DNA of 64,000 bases from Bacteroidales bacterium (lineage in GTDB: Bacteria; Bacteroidota; Bacteroidia; Bacteroidales; WCHB1-69), in NCBI GenBank assembly GCA_017962845.1, contig JAGCUN010000012.1:8175-72174 (forward strand), in the 5' to 3' direction. Below the pieces are notes generated by a model. The model was not told where the DNA came from. It saw nothing but the letters and a program-made list of their open reading frames with translations, and ran no database searches. How positions within the stretch are numbered: position 1 is the first letter of the stretch; each line of letters opens with the position of its first letter. The position numbers and the translations under genes are program-made. Shown one piece after another: positions 1-9,859 of the stretch.

Positions 1-153
1 CATCTCCATACGCACGAACTTCGTGCCGGAGGCATTCTCAATGTCGTTGATGAGTCGTTTGATTTCACGGATAGATGCCTTGCCCACCTCTTTGATGCTG
101 TTCTGGGCAATCATTTGGTCTACAAGACTGCGGTCGATAGGAGTGTTTTTCAC
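1..153 (-). CDS. PLP-dependent aminotransferase (class I/II), N-terminal fragment; gene runs off left edge
   Basis: Minus-strand frame is open to position 1. Translation (V/M)KNTPIDRSLVDQMIAQNSIKEVGKASIREIKRLINDIENASGTKFVRMEM resembles N-termini of Bacteroidales aminotransferases. GTG at 151-153 is the first canonical start after the in-frame stop at 181-183. Confidence 0.4.
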   Translation of the reverse strand, partial: MKNTPIDRSLVDQMIAQNSIKEVGKASIREIKRLINDIENASGTKFVRMEM

Positions 154-204
154 GATATGATTTTTTTTAATGATTAATATCTAAGCGATGTTAACGTGGA
201 AAAA

Positions 205-1380
205 TTAGCGGCTGATGACCACTTTGGAGGTCATGGATTGTCCGTCGTGGAAGAGAATCTGGGCGGTGTAAAGTCCTTGTGAGAGCGCCGACACGTTGAG
301 GGTGGAGGTGGTGGAGGTCATCACCTGCTGGCCGAGGTCGTTGAAGAGGCGCACCTCGCTGATGCCTTCGCCTTCAATGGTGAGGGTGTTGTGGGCAGGG
401 TTGGGGTAGATGAGCACGTTGTTGTTGTCGTTGTCGTCGATGTCGTTGCCGCCGACGAGGCAGGAGGCGAAGAAGTTATAGATTTCGGTGGTGTAGTCGA
501 TGTCGTTGTTGGGGGTGTAGTACCATGTGTGGTCGCCGCCGATGACCTTGATGAAGTGGGTCTTGGAGCCGTTGTTTCCGTTGTCGTAGGCGTATTTCTC
601 GAAGGTGAGGCCGTCGTTGGCGCTATTGGGGAAGTTGGTGACGGTGGGGGTGGCGTTGCACTGGTTGTAGTTGCGCCAGTAATCGACGGTGGCTTCGGCG
701 CCGAGGCCGACGCTGGCGGACATGACCATGACGTTGAAGTCGGCGTTGTCGTAGCCGACGGTGGAGTCGGAGGTGCCGTGGAAGTGGAGGGTGTTGACGT
801 TGGCGACGGGGGTGTGGGTCTTGACTTCGTTGCCGATGGTGCCGCTGACGGCGGCGATGGCGTTGATGCGGTCGCCGTGCTCGATGGCGAGGCGGTTGCT
901 CATGAAGCCGCCCATGGAGAAGCCCATGGAGAAGACGTTGGCCTGATCGACGTTGTAGGTGCTGATGAGATCGTCGAGGATGGCCATGATGAAGCCGGAA
1001 TCGTCAACGCCATCATTGACGATGATGTTGCCGAGGAAGGAGAGGTTGGCGCTGACGCCGGAGTTCCAGGCGGTGCCGAGGGATATGTTCTGCCCCATCA
1101 AGGAGACGTTGGCCTCGAGGGCTTGCGGTACGATGACGATCCAGCCGTGCTGGTCGGCAATCTGTTTGAAACCGGTGGCGTTGAACATGTTGCCCATGTC
1201 GTCGCCCAACCCGTGCAGCACGAAAACAACTGGTGCGGGGGAGAGCACATTGGCGGGGATGTACTCAATGTATTGGCGTTCCACACCACCATATTGCATG
1301 GTCTTGCTGGTCTGGCCCGACTGGGCATGAAGGCCGATTACAAAAACTGTTAAGACTAAAAGGGTAAAGATTTTTTTCAT
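205..1380 (-). CDS. Secreted alpha/beta-hydrolase esterase (PHB-depolymerase/feruloyl-esterase-like) with T9SS C-terminal sorting domain
   Basis: Signal peptide MKKIFTLLVLTVFVIGLHAQ, VFVLHGLG oxyanion region, nucleophile elbow GFSMGG, and a C-terminal IYPNPAHNTLTIEG...KVVISR T9SS-type CTD. Confidence 0.8.
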   Translation of the reverse strand: MKKIFTLLVLTVFVIGLHAQSGQTSKTMQYGGVERQYIEYIPANVLSPAPVVFVLHGLGDDMGNMFNATGFKQIADQHGWIVIVPQALEANVSLMGQNISLGTAWNSGVSANLSFLGNIIVNDGVDDSGFIMAILDDLISTYNVDQANVFSMGFSMGGFMSNRLAIEHGDRINAIAAVSGTIGNEVKTHTPVANVNTLHFHGTSDSTVGYDNADFNVMVMSASVGLGAEATVDYWRNYNQCNATPTVTNFPNSANDGLTFEKYAYDNGNNGSKTHFIKVIGGDHTWYYTPNNDIDYTTEIYNFFASCLVGGNDIDDNDNNNVLIYPNPAHNTLTIEGEGISEVRLFNDLGQQVMTSTTSTLNVSALSQGLYTAQILFHDGQSMTSKVVISR

Positions 1381-1422
1381 AATTTTGTGATTTTATTTGT
1401 TTTATAATAATTATTGAAGAAA

Positions 1423-2796
1423 TCAAGATTGTGCGTTCTGTTGAGCCAGTTGTAGAAATTCGTCATCCACATGGAAGATGCGGGCAATGGTGAGGGCCTC
1501 GGCGGGCACTTCATCGGAAGTGGTCTCCACTAATGTGTAGTCCATATACTGGCCGAGGCTTCTTGGGGTGATGTTGTCGGTCATGCGGTGGGTCATCAGT
1601 CCTTTCACACGTAGTCGTCTGCAGGTAGTTGCCACCCCGCTGTAGTGGGTGGTTACCACTGCCATCACGTTGTATTTCTGCATCATCGTGACAAAAGCGT
1701 TCACGATGCGGCGGCCCTCGTCGGGATTGGTGGTGCGGGCCAGCTCATCCACCAACGCCAGGATGCGGCTGTCGGTCTTCGAGCGGGTGAGAATCTCGTT
1801 CACGGCCAGCATTTCCGCTGCAAACGAGGAGAGTCCGTGCTGCTCCGTCTGCTGGTCGTCAATCACACAGAAGACTTCGTCAACTGGCATCACGGTGGCT
1901 TGGGCTGCCGGCACGTAAAAACCGAACTGGAACATATATTGTGCCACTGCTAACGATTTCAGCAGCACGGTCTTACCCGACATGTTGGCTCCCGTGATGA
2001 GGCAGGGCTGCTGCTCCAGCCGAATGTCAACGGGCTGGAATTTTGCGCCCCGCTCGGCCATCAGCTGCACCAGCTGCGGGTGGAAAAGTCCTTGGTAGCA
2101 GGTCTCGGTCTCCGAAATTTCGGGTTTGGTCAGTTGCCATGCCATGGCCATCTGCGCTTTGGCGTTCAGCACGTCCAGCGCCCCGATGTGCTGCAGGTTG
2201 TAGAGCAGACTGTCGGTATAGGGTTGTAACTGTTCGGTAAGCCGTTGCCGTACAGAGTCTTCCAGCTGCTCGGCCTCCCACAACAATTTCTCGCGTTCGG
2301 TTTCGTCCTCAGTCTGGTTCATCTGCTTCCGCAAATCTTCCAGTTCGGGCTGGTAGCACGAATAGACGTAGAAATGGGCGATGCGGCTACCTTCCGGATC
2401 GAGGGTGTCGATCACTTTCGAGAGGTCGTAGAGGTTCTCTTGCTGGTAGTGGGCATCCAGCAGAATCTGGCGAATCTTCTGGGCTGCGAGTGCGAATTTC
2501 TTCAGTTCAAAAAACTCAATATCGTCCAGCACATGCAACTCTTTGAGGTTGCGGAGGGTCTGGGTGATGTCGTTGATGTCGTGCAGCACGGCCACCAGCT
2601 CGCGGGCGGCATCCGCATGTTCTTGAAGGAAACAGATATGCGTCTCCATCCTGTCAAGGTTCTGCTGCAGTTGCTGCGGGTCGGTCATCAGCGGCTGGTT
2701 CAGCAGCAGGGTTCTTCCCCACGACGAACACACCAGCACGTTCTCCACAACGTACTGCATCCCGCGATCTTTTCTGATGACTTCCTTGACGAGCAT
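1423..2796 (-). CDS. MutS-related ATPase (MutS domain V paralog without mismatch-binding domain)
   Basis: Walker A GANMSGKTVLLKS, Walker B region LALVDELARTTNPDEG, and a TTHY motif. Confidence 0.8.
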   Translation of the reverse strand: MLVKEVIRKDRGMQYVVENVLVCSSWGRTLLLNQPLMTDPQQLQQNLDRMETHICFLQEHADAARELVAVLHDINDITQTLRNLKELHVLDDIEFFELKKFALAAQKIRQILLDAHYQQENLYDLSKVIDTLDPEGSRIAHFYVYSCYQPELEDLRKQMNQTEDETEREKLLWEAEQLEDSVRQRLTEQLQPYTDSLLYNLQHIGALDVLNAKAQMAMAWQLTKPEISETETCYQGLFHPQLVQLMAERGAKFQPVDIRLEQQPCLITGANMSGKTVLLKSLAVAQYMFQFGFYVPAAQATVMPVDEVFCVIDDQQTEQHGLSSFAAEMLAVNEILTRSKTDSRILALVDELARTTNPDEGRRIVNAFVTMMQKYNVMAVVTTHYSGVATTCRRLRVKGLMTHRMTDNITPRSLGQYMDYTLVETTSDEVPAEALTIARIFHVDDEFLQLAQQNAQS

Positions 2797-2806
2797 GATG
2801 GTTTTA

Positions 2807-4786
2807 TTATTTTTTCTTCTGCTGCAATTGCTGCTGTTGCTTGATCATCTGTTCCATACGCTCCTGCCATCTGCTCTTCTTCACCGGCTTCACCATGTTG
2901 GTCTGCATCTTCTTGAGCAGCTTTTCTTCGTTGATGGTGATGCGGAAGATCCACATCTGGAAGAAGGTGATGAGGTTGATGAGGAGGTAGTAGTACAGCA
3001 GTGCGGAGGAGAAGCTGTTGAACATGGGCAGGAAGAGGATGGGCATGAGGTACATCATCCATTTCATCATCTTCATCTGGTCGCCGTTGGTGGCCATCAT
3101 CATGCGGTTGTTGAGCCATGTATAGACGAGGGTGGCGGCGGTCATCAGCAGGGTGAAGAGGCTCACGTGGTCGCCGTAGAACGGGATGCTAAAACCGAGG
3201 TCGAGGATGGAATCGTAGGTGGAGAGGTCTTCCGCCCAGAGGAAACTCTGCTGGCGCAACTCGTAAGCGGCCGGGAAGAAGCGGAACATGGCGATGAGGA
3301 TCGGCATCTGGATGAGCATCGGCAGACAGCCGCCCATCGGACTCACTCCGGCCTTCTTGTACAAGTTCATGGTGGCCTGCTGCTTCTTCATGGCATCTTC
3401 CGGTTTCGGGTACTTCTCGTTGATCTCGTCAATCTGCGGTTTCAGCACGCGCATCTTGGCGGAAGAGAGGTAGGTTTTGTACGCCATCGGGAAGATGACA
3501 ATTTTAATGAATATGCTGAGTATCAGAATGATAATGCCATAATTCAACCCATAGGCATCCAGCCAGTTGAAGATCGGGATGACCACGCCACGGTTGATCC
3601 ACTGCAGCAGGAAGAAACCCCAGCCCAGCGGGATGAGACGCTCGAAGCCCATGCTCTCGCCCTGCTCGTTTTGATATTTTTTCAGCAGTTTGTACTGGTT
3701 GGGACCATAGTACATTTGCATGGCGAAATTGCCCTTGTCGTAATCTTTTACCTCGAAGCCGAGGTTGGAGCTCATGGTTTTCAGCAACGGGTCGTTCTCG
3801 CCTTGGTTGTTCACATCCACCTTCAGTTCACCCTTCTTGAAATTGTCTTTTTTGGCGATGAGAATGGAGGTGAAGAACTGCTGTTTGAAGGAGACCCACT
3901 TCATGGTGGTGGTCACATCTTTCGATTCCGACTTGATTTCATCCAAGTTTTTCACCTTGCCGCCGTTGTCCATGTAGTACAGCGTGGTGAGCCGTCGTTC
4001 GGCCTCGATGTTTTTCTCTGCGGTGAAGAGGGAGGAGTTCCACTTGATGTTGGTGGGAGATTGTTTGGCGATGTAGGGCGACATGTTCTGGAACTTCACG
4101 TCGAAGTCCAGCATATAGTCATCGGCATTGAAGGTGTAGTCGAAGAGGATGTAAGCTTCAGAGTCGATAACGCTGTTGGCGGCCGTGGCGGTGTCGGCGA
4201 GTTTGTAGGGATGGAGGTAGAGGCGCAGATGGCCGGTGTTGGATTTCACATCCACCGTATCTTTTTCGGCGCGGAAGTAGCAGTTCTCGGTGGAGACGAA
4301 CGAGCGAAGCGAGTCGGAGGTGTGCAGGGTAAGAGCCATCTTGTGGTGGCCGGCCTCGTGCATGTAAAGTTCTTTCTTCTTTTCACCTTTCGGCGCATAT
4401 TTGTAGATGTCGTGGAGTTTGACAGACTTAAGGTAGCCGCCGTAGCGCGAGAAGCGGTACTCCGCCTTGTTGGTGCGCACGACGAAGTCGTTGGTCTGGG
4501 TGGTGTCGGCGAATGAGAAGTAGTTGGTGTTCTTCTTCTGTGCCGGTGCTGTAGTGGCAGCGGCTGTGGCGGATTCGGCATTTTCTTCCAATGCCGTGGT
4601 GTCTTTCGCTATCGTGTCGCTGAGTTGCGCAGTTTTCTTGTCGGCGGCCTTCTTTTTGGCCTGCTGTTTCATTTCTTGTTCGATCTGCTGTTCGCGGGCT
4701 TTCTTCGCGTTGTGCGAAGTGTATACGCTGTAGCCAATGAAGACAAAGAAGATGAGCAGCAGTCCGATGATTGTTTTTTTGTCCAT
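2807..4786 (-). CDS. yidC: Membrane protein insertase YidC (long Bacteroidota form)
   Basis: 659 aa with an N-terminal TM segment, a large periplasmic domain, a C-terminal multi-TM core (GCLPMLIQMPILIAMF, LLYYYLLINLITF) and a basic tail. Confidence 0.9.
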   Translation of the reverse strand: MDKKTIIGLLLIFFVFIGYSVYTSHNAKKAREQQIEQEMKQQAKKKAADKKTAQLSDTIAKDTTALEENAESATAAATTAPAQKKNTNYFSFADTTQTNDFVVRTNKAEYRFSRYGGYLKSVKLHDIYKYAPKGEKKKELYMHEAGHHKMALTLHTSDSLRSFVSTENCYFRAEKDTVDVKSNTGHLRLYLHPYKLADTATAANSVIDSEAYILFDYTFNADDYMLDFDVKFQNMSPYIAKQSPTNIKWNSSLFTAEKNIEAERRLTTLYYMDNGGKVKNLDEIKSESKDVTTTMKWVSFKQQFFTSILIAKKDNFKKGELKVDVNNQGENDPLLKTMSSNLGFEVKDYDKGNFAMQMYYGPNQYKLLKKYQNEQGESMGFERLIPLGWGFFLLQWINRGVVIPIFNWLDAYGLNYGIIILILSIFIKIVIFPMAYKTYLSSAKMRVLKPQIDEINEKYPKPEDAMKKQQATMNLYKKAGVSPMGGCLPMLIQMPILIAMFRFFPAAYELRQQSFLWAEDLSTYDSILDLGFSIPFYGDHVSLFTLLMTAATLVYTWLNNRMMMATNGDQMKMMKWMMYLMPILFLPMFNSFSSALLYYYLLINLITFFQMWIFRITINEEKLLKKMQTNMVKPVKKSRWQERMEQMIKQQQQLQQKKK

Positions 4787-4813
4787 GTAATGTTTTAAAG
4801 AATGAGTTGAAAA

Positions 4814-5818
4814 TTATTTTGATAAGATGGCGAATGCGGCGGCTGTGGCATCGGTGATGGAGTCGCGGATGCTCATAGGCTGCTTGGCGGTGCCGGCCAC
4901 AAACAGACCGTCAACGGTGGTGAGGTTGTCGCCGATGTGCGGTCCCTGGGTGGCGATGAAGTGGTAGGGCGCTTCGATGCCGCATTTCTCCGCCAGGGTG
5001 CGGGTGCCCGCCGACGGTTCCATGCCGGCCATCAGCACCAGCAGGTCGGTGGTCATCTTCAGCGGCTGTCCAATCAGTGTGTCCTCAGCCTTGATCTGCA
5101 CCTTGTTGTCGAAGGTGGCCGAAGCTTCGGAGATACGACCGCGGATGAAGCGGATGTCGTACTTCTCCTGCGCCTCGCGGTACATCTCCTCAAAGCCTTT
5201 CCCCCACATACGCAAATCCATGTAAAACAGATAGATTGCAGTGCTGGGGAGCAGCTTGCGCACCTCAATGGCCTGCTTCACGGCCGTTACGCAACATACT
5301 TTTGAGCAGTAGTTGTTGCCCGACTTCTCATCACGCGAGCCCACACATTGCAGGAACACTACGCGCTGTGCCGGTTCGCCCATCGAGTTGGTGATCTGCT
5401 GGTGAAGAATCATTCGCTCCAAATCCAACGAGTTGATAACCCCTTTGTAGATGCCGTAGCCCAACTCCTCCTTGCGGTGCGCGTCAAAAAGGGTATATCC
5501 GGTGGTAATCAGCACATTGTCAGCAATATAAACTTTTCCCTCGGAATCGTAAACCTTGAATTCCCCATCCACCTTTTTTACATCCACAATCTCCTTCTGG
5601 CAATGGACCTTGATATTGTCAGGGAGCAGTTTGGCCTCCAAATGTTTGGCCAGTTCTTGTGCCGATGAGAAATCCGGGAAAAGGAATGCTTTGTCGAGTA
5701 TATTGGAGAGAGGGGCAGCTGATTTTTCAAAAAGCATCACTTCGCAGTCGTGGGCAGCAAGAACCGAGGCGGCCTCAATGCCCGCAGGTCCTGCACCTAT
5801 AATGGCAACTTTCTTCAT
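4814..5818 (-). CDS. FAD/NAD(P)-dependent oxidoreductase (HdrA-like)
   Basis: N-terminal Rossmann motif VAIIGAGPAGIEAA. The Cys-rich segment CSKVCCV is typical of HdrA-like flavoproteins. Confidence 0.65.
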   Translation of the reverse strand: MKKVAIIGAGPAGIEAASVLAAHDCEVMLFEKSAAPLSNILDKAFLFPDFSSAQELAKHLEAKLLPDNIKVHCQKEIVDVKKVDGEFKVYDSEGKVYIADNVLITTGYTLFDAHRKEELGYGIYKGVINSLDLERMILHQQITNSMGEPAQRVVFLQCVGSRDEKSGNNYCSKVCCVTAVKQAIEVRKLLPSTAIYLFYMDLRMWGKGFEEMYREAQEKYDIRFIRGRISEASATFDNKVQIKAEDTLIGQPLKMTTDLLVLMAGMEPSAGTRTLAEKCGIEAPYHFIATQGPHIGDNLTTVDGLFVAGTAKQPMSIRDSITDATAAAFAILSK

Positions 5819-5973
5819 ATCCGACTTCTATTTTCTTTTTATAAAATATTAATATTCAATAAAATACATAAAACCACACACTATACAGTTTCAGCGGCAA
5901 ATTTATACAAAAAAATCGGATTTCCAAAGAGGGGAGATTGGTTTTGAATGTCGGGTAAAATTTGTATTTTTGC

Positions 5974-7434
5974 ATGATGAAAAATCCTACTAATGACATT
6001 TCAACTTCAGGCCGTGTCGCAGCTTCGGATTATCATGTATCGGAACATTTTTCTGAATATGGTGATCTCCCCTCTAAGAGTTATTGTCGTCTATGCAAAG
6101 TACAGCGTAATGGCCAGTGGTTTGTGCTCAAAGCCCTGAAGTCTGAGTATGCTGGCGATTCTTCATATAGGGGACTTTTAGACAAAGAGTTTCAGTTGAT
6201 GATACAATTGCAGCATCCGAACATTGTGCGGGTGTGGGGGATGGAAGAGGATGCTGTGGTGGGGAAGGCCATTATAATGGAATGGATAGATGGGCGCACT
6301 TTGGAGGATTTTTTGAAAGAACATCCCTCCTCCAAAATCCGTCGCGCTGTGGCTAACCAGCTTTTGGAAGCCATCAGCTATTTTCATAAAAAACAGATTA
6401 TCCACCGTGACTTGAAACCCACCAATATCTTGGTGACAAGAAATGGGAATCATGTAAAAATCATTGATTTTGGTCTGTCCGACAGCGACAATTTCGCAGT
6501 GCTGAAGGAGCCGGCATACACCAAAGCCTATGCTGCACCCGAGCAGTTGGCAGGCGAAGAGTCGGATTGCCGTACCGACTTGTATGCCTTGGGTTTGATA
6601 TTGAAGCAATTGTTTCCCAGTCGGTACCATCGGGTGGTTCGAAAATGTTTGCAGTCACAGCGCGAACAGCGTTATAATTCGGCTGATGAGGTGTCGGATG
6701 CTTTGGTCGCCGCCGATCGCAGAAAAAGGATTGTTCCGTGGGTGGCAGTGGGGGTGTGCATATTACTGATGTTGGTGGTTTCGATGGTACCGTTCGTGCA
6801 AAAGCCAGGGCCTGTAGTGGTGAAAAACATCAAAGACACCTTGTTGATCCAACAGCAATATGATAGTTTGGACAAAATGGAAGGCAATGTAACACTACCG
6901 CAACGCCACAAGAGCGATACTGATCTGCCAGCGGATGAGCCGCAGTTTGTGGAACAGAAAACCATTTCCACAAGTACCGCCTACCAGCAAGCCGAGAAAG
7001 CAGCCAACGAAATTTATGAATGGGCGGATGCACAATTCAAGCAGGACATGGACACCCTCTATCGCCCCGTGGACAGATATATGAAAACTCAAAATGCGAA
7101 TGCCACGACTTATCACACCCTCCTTATGATTGTGGATAATAGGGCTAGAATCAGGGTTTATCAGATCAGGAACCAAATGCACGGCAAATGGACCGATGAG
7201 ACCAGAAACTTTTGCCAATTTAATGAGAGTCAGTTTTTTTATCATTCTATCAAGCAGGTAGATGAAACCACACAGTCGTATAGGGTTAGAGGGAATGAAT
7301 TTCCCAGGTTGCTATCTCTCGAAACTCAGGTTAGTGAAGAAGAGTACGCTAAGCTGCAGAATGAATACAAGGCCTATTCTGATGAATATTCCCAATTACA
7401 TAAGAGGTTGTATGACATACAGCACGGCCGTTGA
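5974..7434 (+). CDS. Eukaryotic-like Ser/Thr protein kinase with one TM helix and an extracytoplasmic C-terminal domain
   Basis: Hanks kinase motifs: VLKALK lysine, HRDLKPTNILV, DFGLS, APE. TM segment IVPWVAVGVCILLMLVVSMVPFV. ATG at 5974 (or 5977) chosen over the TTG at 5962. Confidence 0.85.
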   Translation: MMKNPTNDISTSGRVAASDYHVSEHFSEYGDLPSKSYCRLCKVQRNGQWFVLKALKSEYAGDSSYRGLLDKEFQLMIQLQHPNIVRVWGMEEDAVVGKAIIMEWIDGRTLEDFLKEHPSSKIRRAVANQLLEAISYFHKKQIIHRDLKPTNILVTRNGNHVKIIDFGLSDSDNFAVLKEPAYTKAYAAPEQLAGEESDCRTDLYALGLILKQLFPSRYHRVVRKCLQSQREQRYNSADEVSDALVAADRRKRIVPWVAVGVCILLMLVVSMVPFVQKPGPVVVKNIKDTLLIQQQYDSLDKMEGNVTLPQRHKSDTDLPADEPQFVEQKTISTSTAYQQAEKAANEIYEWADAQFKQDMDTLYRPVDRYMKTQNANATTYHTLLMIVDNRARIRVYQIRNQMHGKWTDETRNFCQFNESQFFYHSIKQVDETTQSYRVRGNEFPRLLSLETQVSEEEYAKLQNEYKAYSDEYSQLHKRLYDIQHGR

Positions 7435-7516
7435 TGAACCGCATAAAAAAACGAGTTCCCGTCAAAGAAGTATGGGGAACTCGCCAAGGGTTGAATTACA
7501 AGTGGAAGAAATGACT

Positions 7517-8335
7517 TTAGTAGGCGGCTTTAGCTAATTTGGCAGATATTTTGGAGTAACGGGCTATTTGCGCTGAAGTCATCTCACCTTTTGCATTGTC
7601 AATTTTGGATTGCATACTTTCTGCTTTCGACAACATACTGGGATATTCACTGACCGCTGACATGTCACCATTTTTTGCTTTTTTCATTAAAGAAATGTAT
7701 TGGTCAACATAGTCTTCATAGTCATCCAAGAAGTCATCCCAGTCGGTTGATGAACTTGAAGAAGAAACTTCATCGTCGTCGTCGTCATCGGCACGGCTGA
7801 AGGAAGAACTGCTTTTCCCACTGGGGATTTCAAAATACACTTTGCATCCATCGGTCTCGGAAAAAATTTGGCTTTTTTCTTCGTCGTCAGCAGGGATATA
7901 GGTGAAGGTGATGCTTACGGCTTCACCCTCTTCAGCTTCCTGCAATTTTTCGAATGCAGCCTTTTTATCGGTTTGGAATTTATAGCTTTTTCCTAACTTT
8001 GACACGCTCACGACGCCACGGTAGGGCTCCAAATAGAAGTCTGTCATTTCCACATCGGCATCCTTGGTTCTTTTGAAATCGAGAGTGATTTCCAGTTTTC
8101 CGTCTTTTTCGGCCAATTCGTAGGCTCCTTGTACAGATTCAAAGAACTGGTATTCTTCGTCTGCAGAAAGCCAACCCGATTTCACGTTTACAATATTGTC
8201 GTTGAGAATCAGTTTTATGGGCCCTTTTTTAATTTCAGTATCAGAACTTTCGCTTCCTGAACCGCAGGAGGTGAGAGTCCCTGCCAGCATAAGAATCAGG
8301 GCACTGGCCATAATGGTTAATATACCTTTTCTCAT
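7517..8335 (-). CDS. Lipoprotein of unknown function with acidic/serine low-complexity linker
   Basis: Signal peptide plus lipobox LTSCGS, and a DDDDDDEVSSSSSS linker. No recognisable catalytic motif. Confidence 0.6.
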   Translation of the reverse strand: MRKGILTIMASALILMLAGTLTSCGSGSESSDTEIKKGPIKLILNDNIVNVKSGWLSADEEYQFFESVQGAYELAEKDGKLEITLDFKRTKDADVEMTDFYLEPYRGVVSVSKLGKSYKFQTDKKAAFEKLQEAEEGEAVSITFTYIPADDEEKSQIFSETDGCKVYFEIPSGKSSSSFSRADDDDDDEVSSSSSSTDWDDFLDDYEDYVDQYISLMKKAKNGDMSAVSEYPSMLSKAESMQSKIDNAKGEMTSAQIARYSKISAKLAKAAY

Positions 8336-8367
8336 AATTATACTTTTAATTAGTGTGTTGATAAAAT

Positions 8368-8754
8368 TTATTGTGCTAAAACTTTTTTAATTTGTGCTAA
8401 ATTGTACTTTTTTACACGGCTTTCGATGGTGAACTCATCAATTAGCCATGGCAAAAATGCACCAATAAGGCCGTACGGGAATAGAATGAGAAAGCCGACG
8501 AGGTCGAAAGCAATAAACCAGATGAGTTTGAAGAAACCCCATCCGGGTTGGCCCATAACGAAGCGGTCGATGCCACACTCCCCAATCAGAAAATGGATCC
8601 ATCCCCACCCGTAAGGACTTCTCAATTTTTTGGATAATTCCTCCATGTTGGTCACATTTGATTGCTCGAGCAGCATGTGCAACTCTTCCATGTCTTTGCT
8701 TCTGAACTTTTTTTTGTTCTGTTTAAGGAAATTCTCTACTAATTCTTTTTCCAT
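8368..8754 (-). CDS. TM2 domain-containing membrane protein
   Basis: GIDRFVMGQPGWGFFKL followed by a second hydrophobic helix matches the TM2 two-helix pattern. Confidence 0.6.
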   Translation of the reverse strand: MEKELVENFLKQNKKKFRSKDMEELHMLLEQSNVTNMEELSKKLRSPYGWGWIHFLIGECGIDRFVMGQPGWGFFKLIWFIAFDLVGFLILFPYGLIGAFLPWLIDEFTIESRVKKYNLAQIKKVLAQ

Positions 8755-8785
8755 AATTATTTAGTTAAAGTGTTCGAGTATAGGA

Positions 8786-9055
8786 TTAAAAACCGTCAGG
8801 CATTTCAATGCCCATGGAAGAGGATTGCGCTTTGCTGCATTCTGACGTAGCATTAAGTAATCTTAGAGCCTGTTCTTCCGTCATTTCGCTCTCACTATAA
8901 TTGGCACTGATGTCACTTGCAATTTTGCCGGCTTTTACCATATCGCCCTCTTTACAGGCTTTTTCATATTTGCTAATTTTGGAATCGAGAGATCCGCATG
9001 ACATCATTGCCATAGCTGCTACAGCAATAAGGACTGAAACTTTGATTTTTTTCAT
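8786..9055 (-). CDS. Small lipoprotein (89 aa)
   Basis: Internal Met MKKIKVSVLIAVAAMAMMSCGS gives a signal peptide plus lipobox. The longer 149-aa ORF has no supporting start context. Confidence 0.5.
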   Translation of the reverse strand: MKKIKVSVLIAVAAMAMMSCGSLDSKISKYEKACKEGDMVKAGKIASDISANYSESEMTEEQALRLLNATSECSKAQSSSMGIEMPDGF

Positions 9056-9249
9056 AATGTTTAATTTTTTTAGTGAATAAATAAATTGTATAATATGGTC
9101 TGAATTTGATTTTTTTTTCGGCCGCAAAAATAAAACATTTATAATCACGCAGTTAGGTTCTTTTTTGGTTCTTTTGCAGAGGCTTGTGGTAAGTCTATAA
9201 AGAACCTTAAAAGAACCTCCCACTCGCCACTTCATTCCGAAAATTGCCG

Positions 9250-9257
9250 TATCTTTG
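9250..9257 (+). promoter_or_regulatory. Bacteroidota -7 promoter box TATCTTTG for the 9281 gene
   Basis: Exact match to TAnnTTTG, 24 nt upstream of the ATG. Confidence 0.5.
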
Positions 9258-9280
9258 CCGCATCAAAACCAGTCTTCATC

Positions 9281-9859
9281 ATGCCCGAAATCAGCCAGAA
9301 CATCGCCTTGCTGCGCCACTGCGTAGAGGAGTCGGCCAACCATCGTATCAAAACCTCCACCGATTTCACCTTTCTCGCTGGGGTGATACAGGAACGCCTC
9401 GGCGAAACCATCGCCACCTCCACCCTCAAACGACTCTGGGGTTATGTGGATGGCTACGCCTCCACCCGCCCGGCTACCCTCAACATCCTCGCCCGCTTCA
9501 TCGGCTACCCCGACTGGGAAACTTTCGTGAGCGACTACTGCGAGGTGGATGGCGTGCAGTCGTCGCACCGCGTAACCAGCACAACGCTGGATGTCAATAA
9601 TTTGCCCGTCGGCAGCCGGCTGGAAATCACTTGGAATCCCAACCGCCGCTGTCTGCTCGAATACCAAGGGGAACATCGGTTTGTGGTCCGCGAATCTGAA
9701 AACGCCAAACTCAAAGCCGGCGAGACGTTCCTCTGCGACCGCTTCATGGAGCACGAACCCCTCTATGTGGAACACTTCACCCCCGACGGCTCGAAAGAAC
9801 TGTTTGTGATGGGCAACAAAGGCGGCCTCACCCAAGTGCGTGTGCTGGAATCCTTATAG
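9281..9859 (+). CDS. Conserved hypothetical protein (possible N-terminal HTH)
   Basis: 192-aa ORF with a -7 box upstream. Chosen over the antisense 9263..9835 ORF because of the promoter and normal amino-acid composition. Confidence 0.5.
   Translation: MPEISQNIALLRHCVEESANHRIKTSTDFTFLAGVIQERLGETIATSTLKRLWGYVDGYASTRPATLNILARFIGYPDWETFVSDYCEVDGVQSSHRVTSTTLDVNNLPVGSRLEITWNPNRRCLLEYQGEHRFVVRESENAKLKAGETFLCDRFMEHEPLYVEHFTPDGSKELFVMGNKGGLTQVRVLESL

Noticed and set aside
2777-4516. 579-aa plus-strand ORF opposite yidC
   Set aside because: It is an antisense shadow ORF. YidC on the minus strand has unmistakable motifs, and the plus-strand product is repetitive (V/E/G/H/L) with no motif.
8786-9235. 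Full 149-aa version of the small lipoprotein ORF
   Set aside because: The N-terminal 60 codons lack any signal or start context and cover AT-rich promoter-like DNA. The internal Met at 9055 gives a textbook signal peptide plus lipobox.
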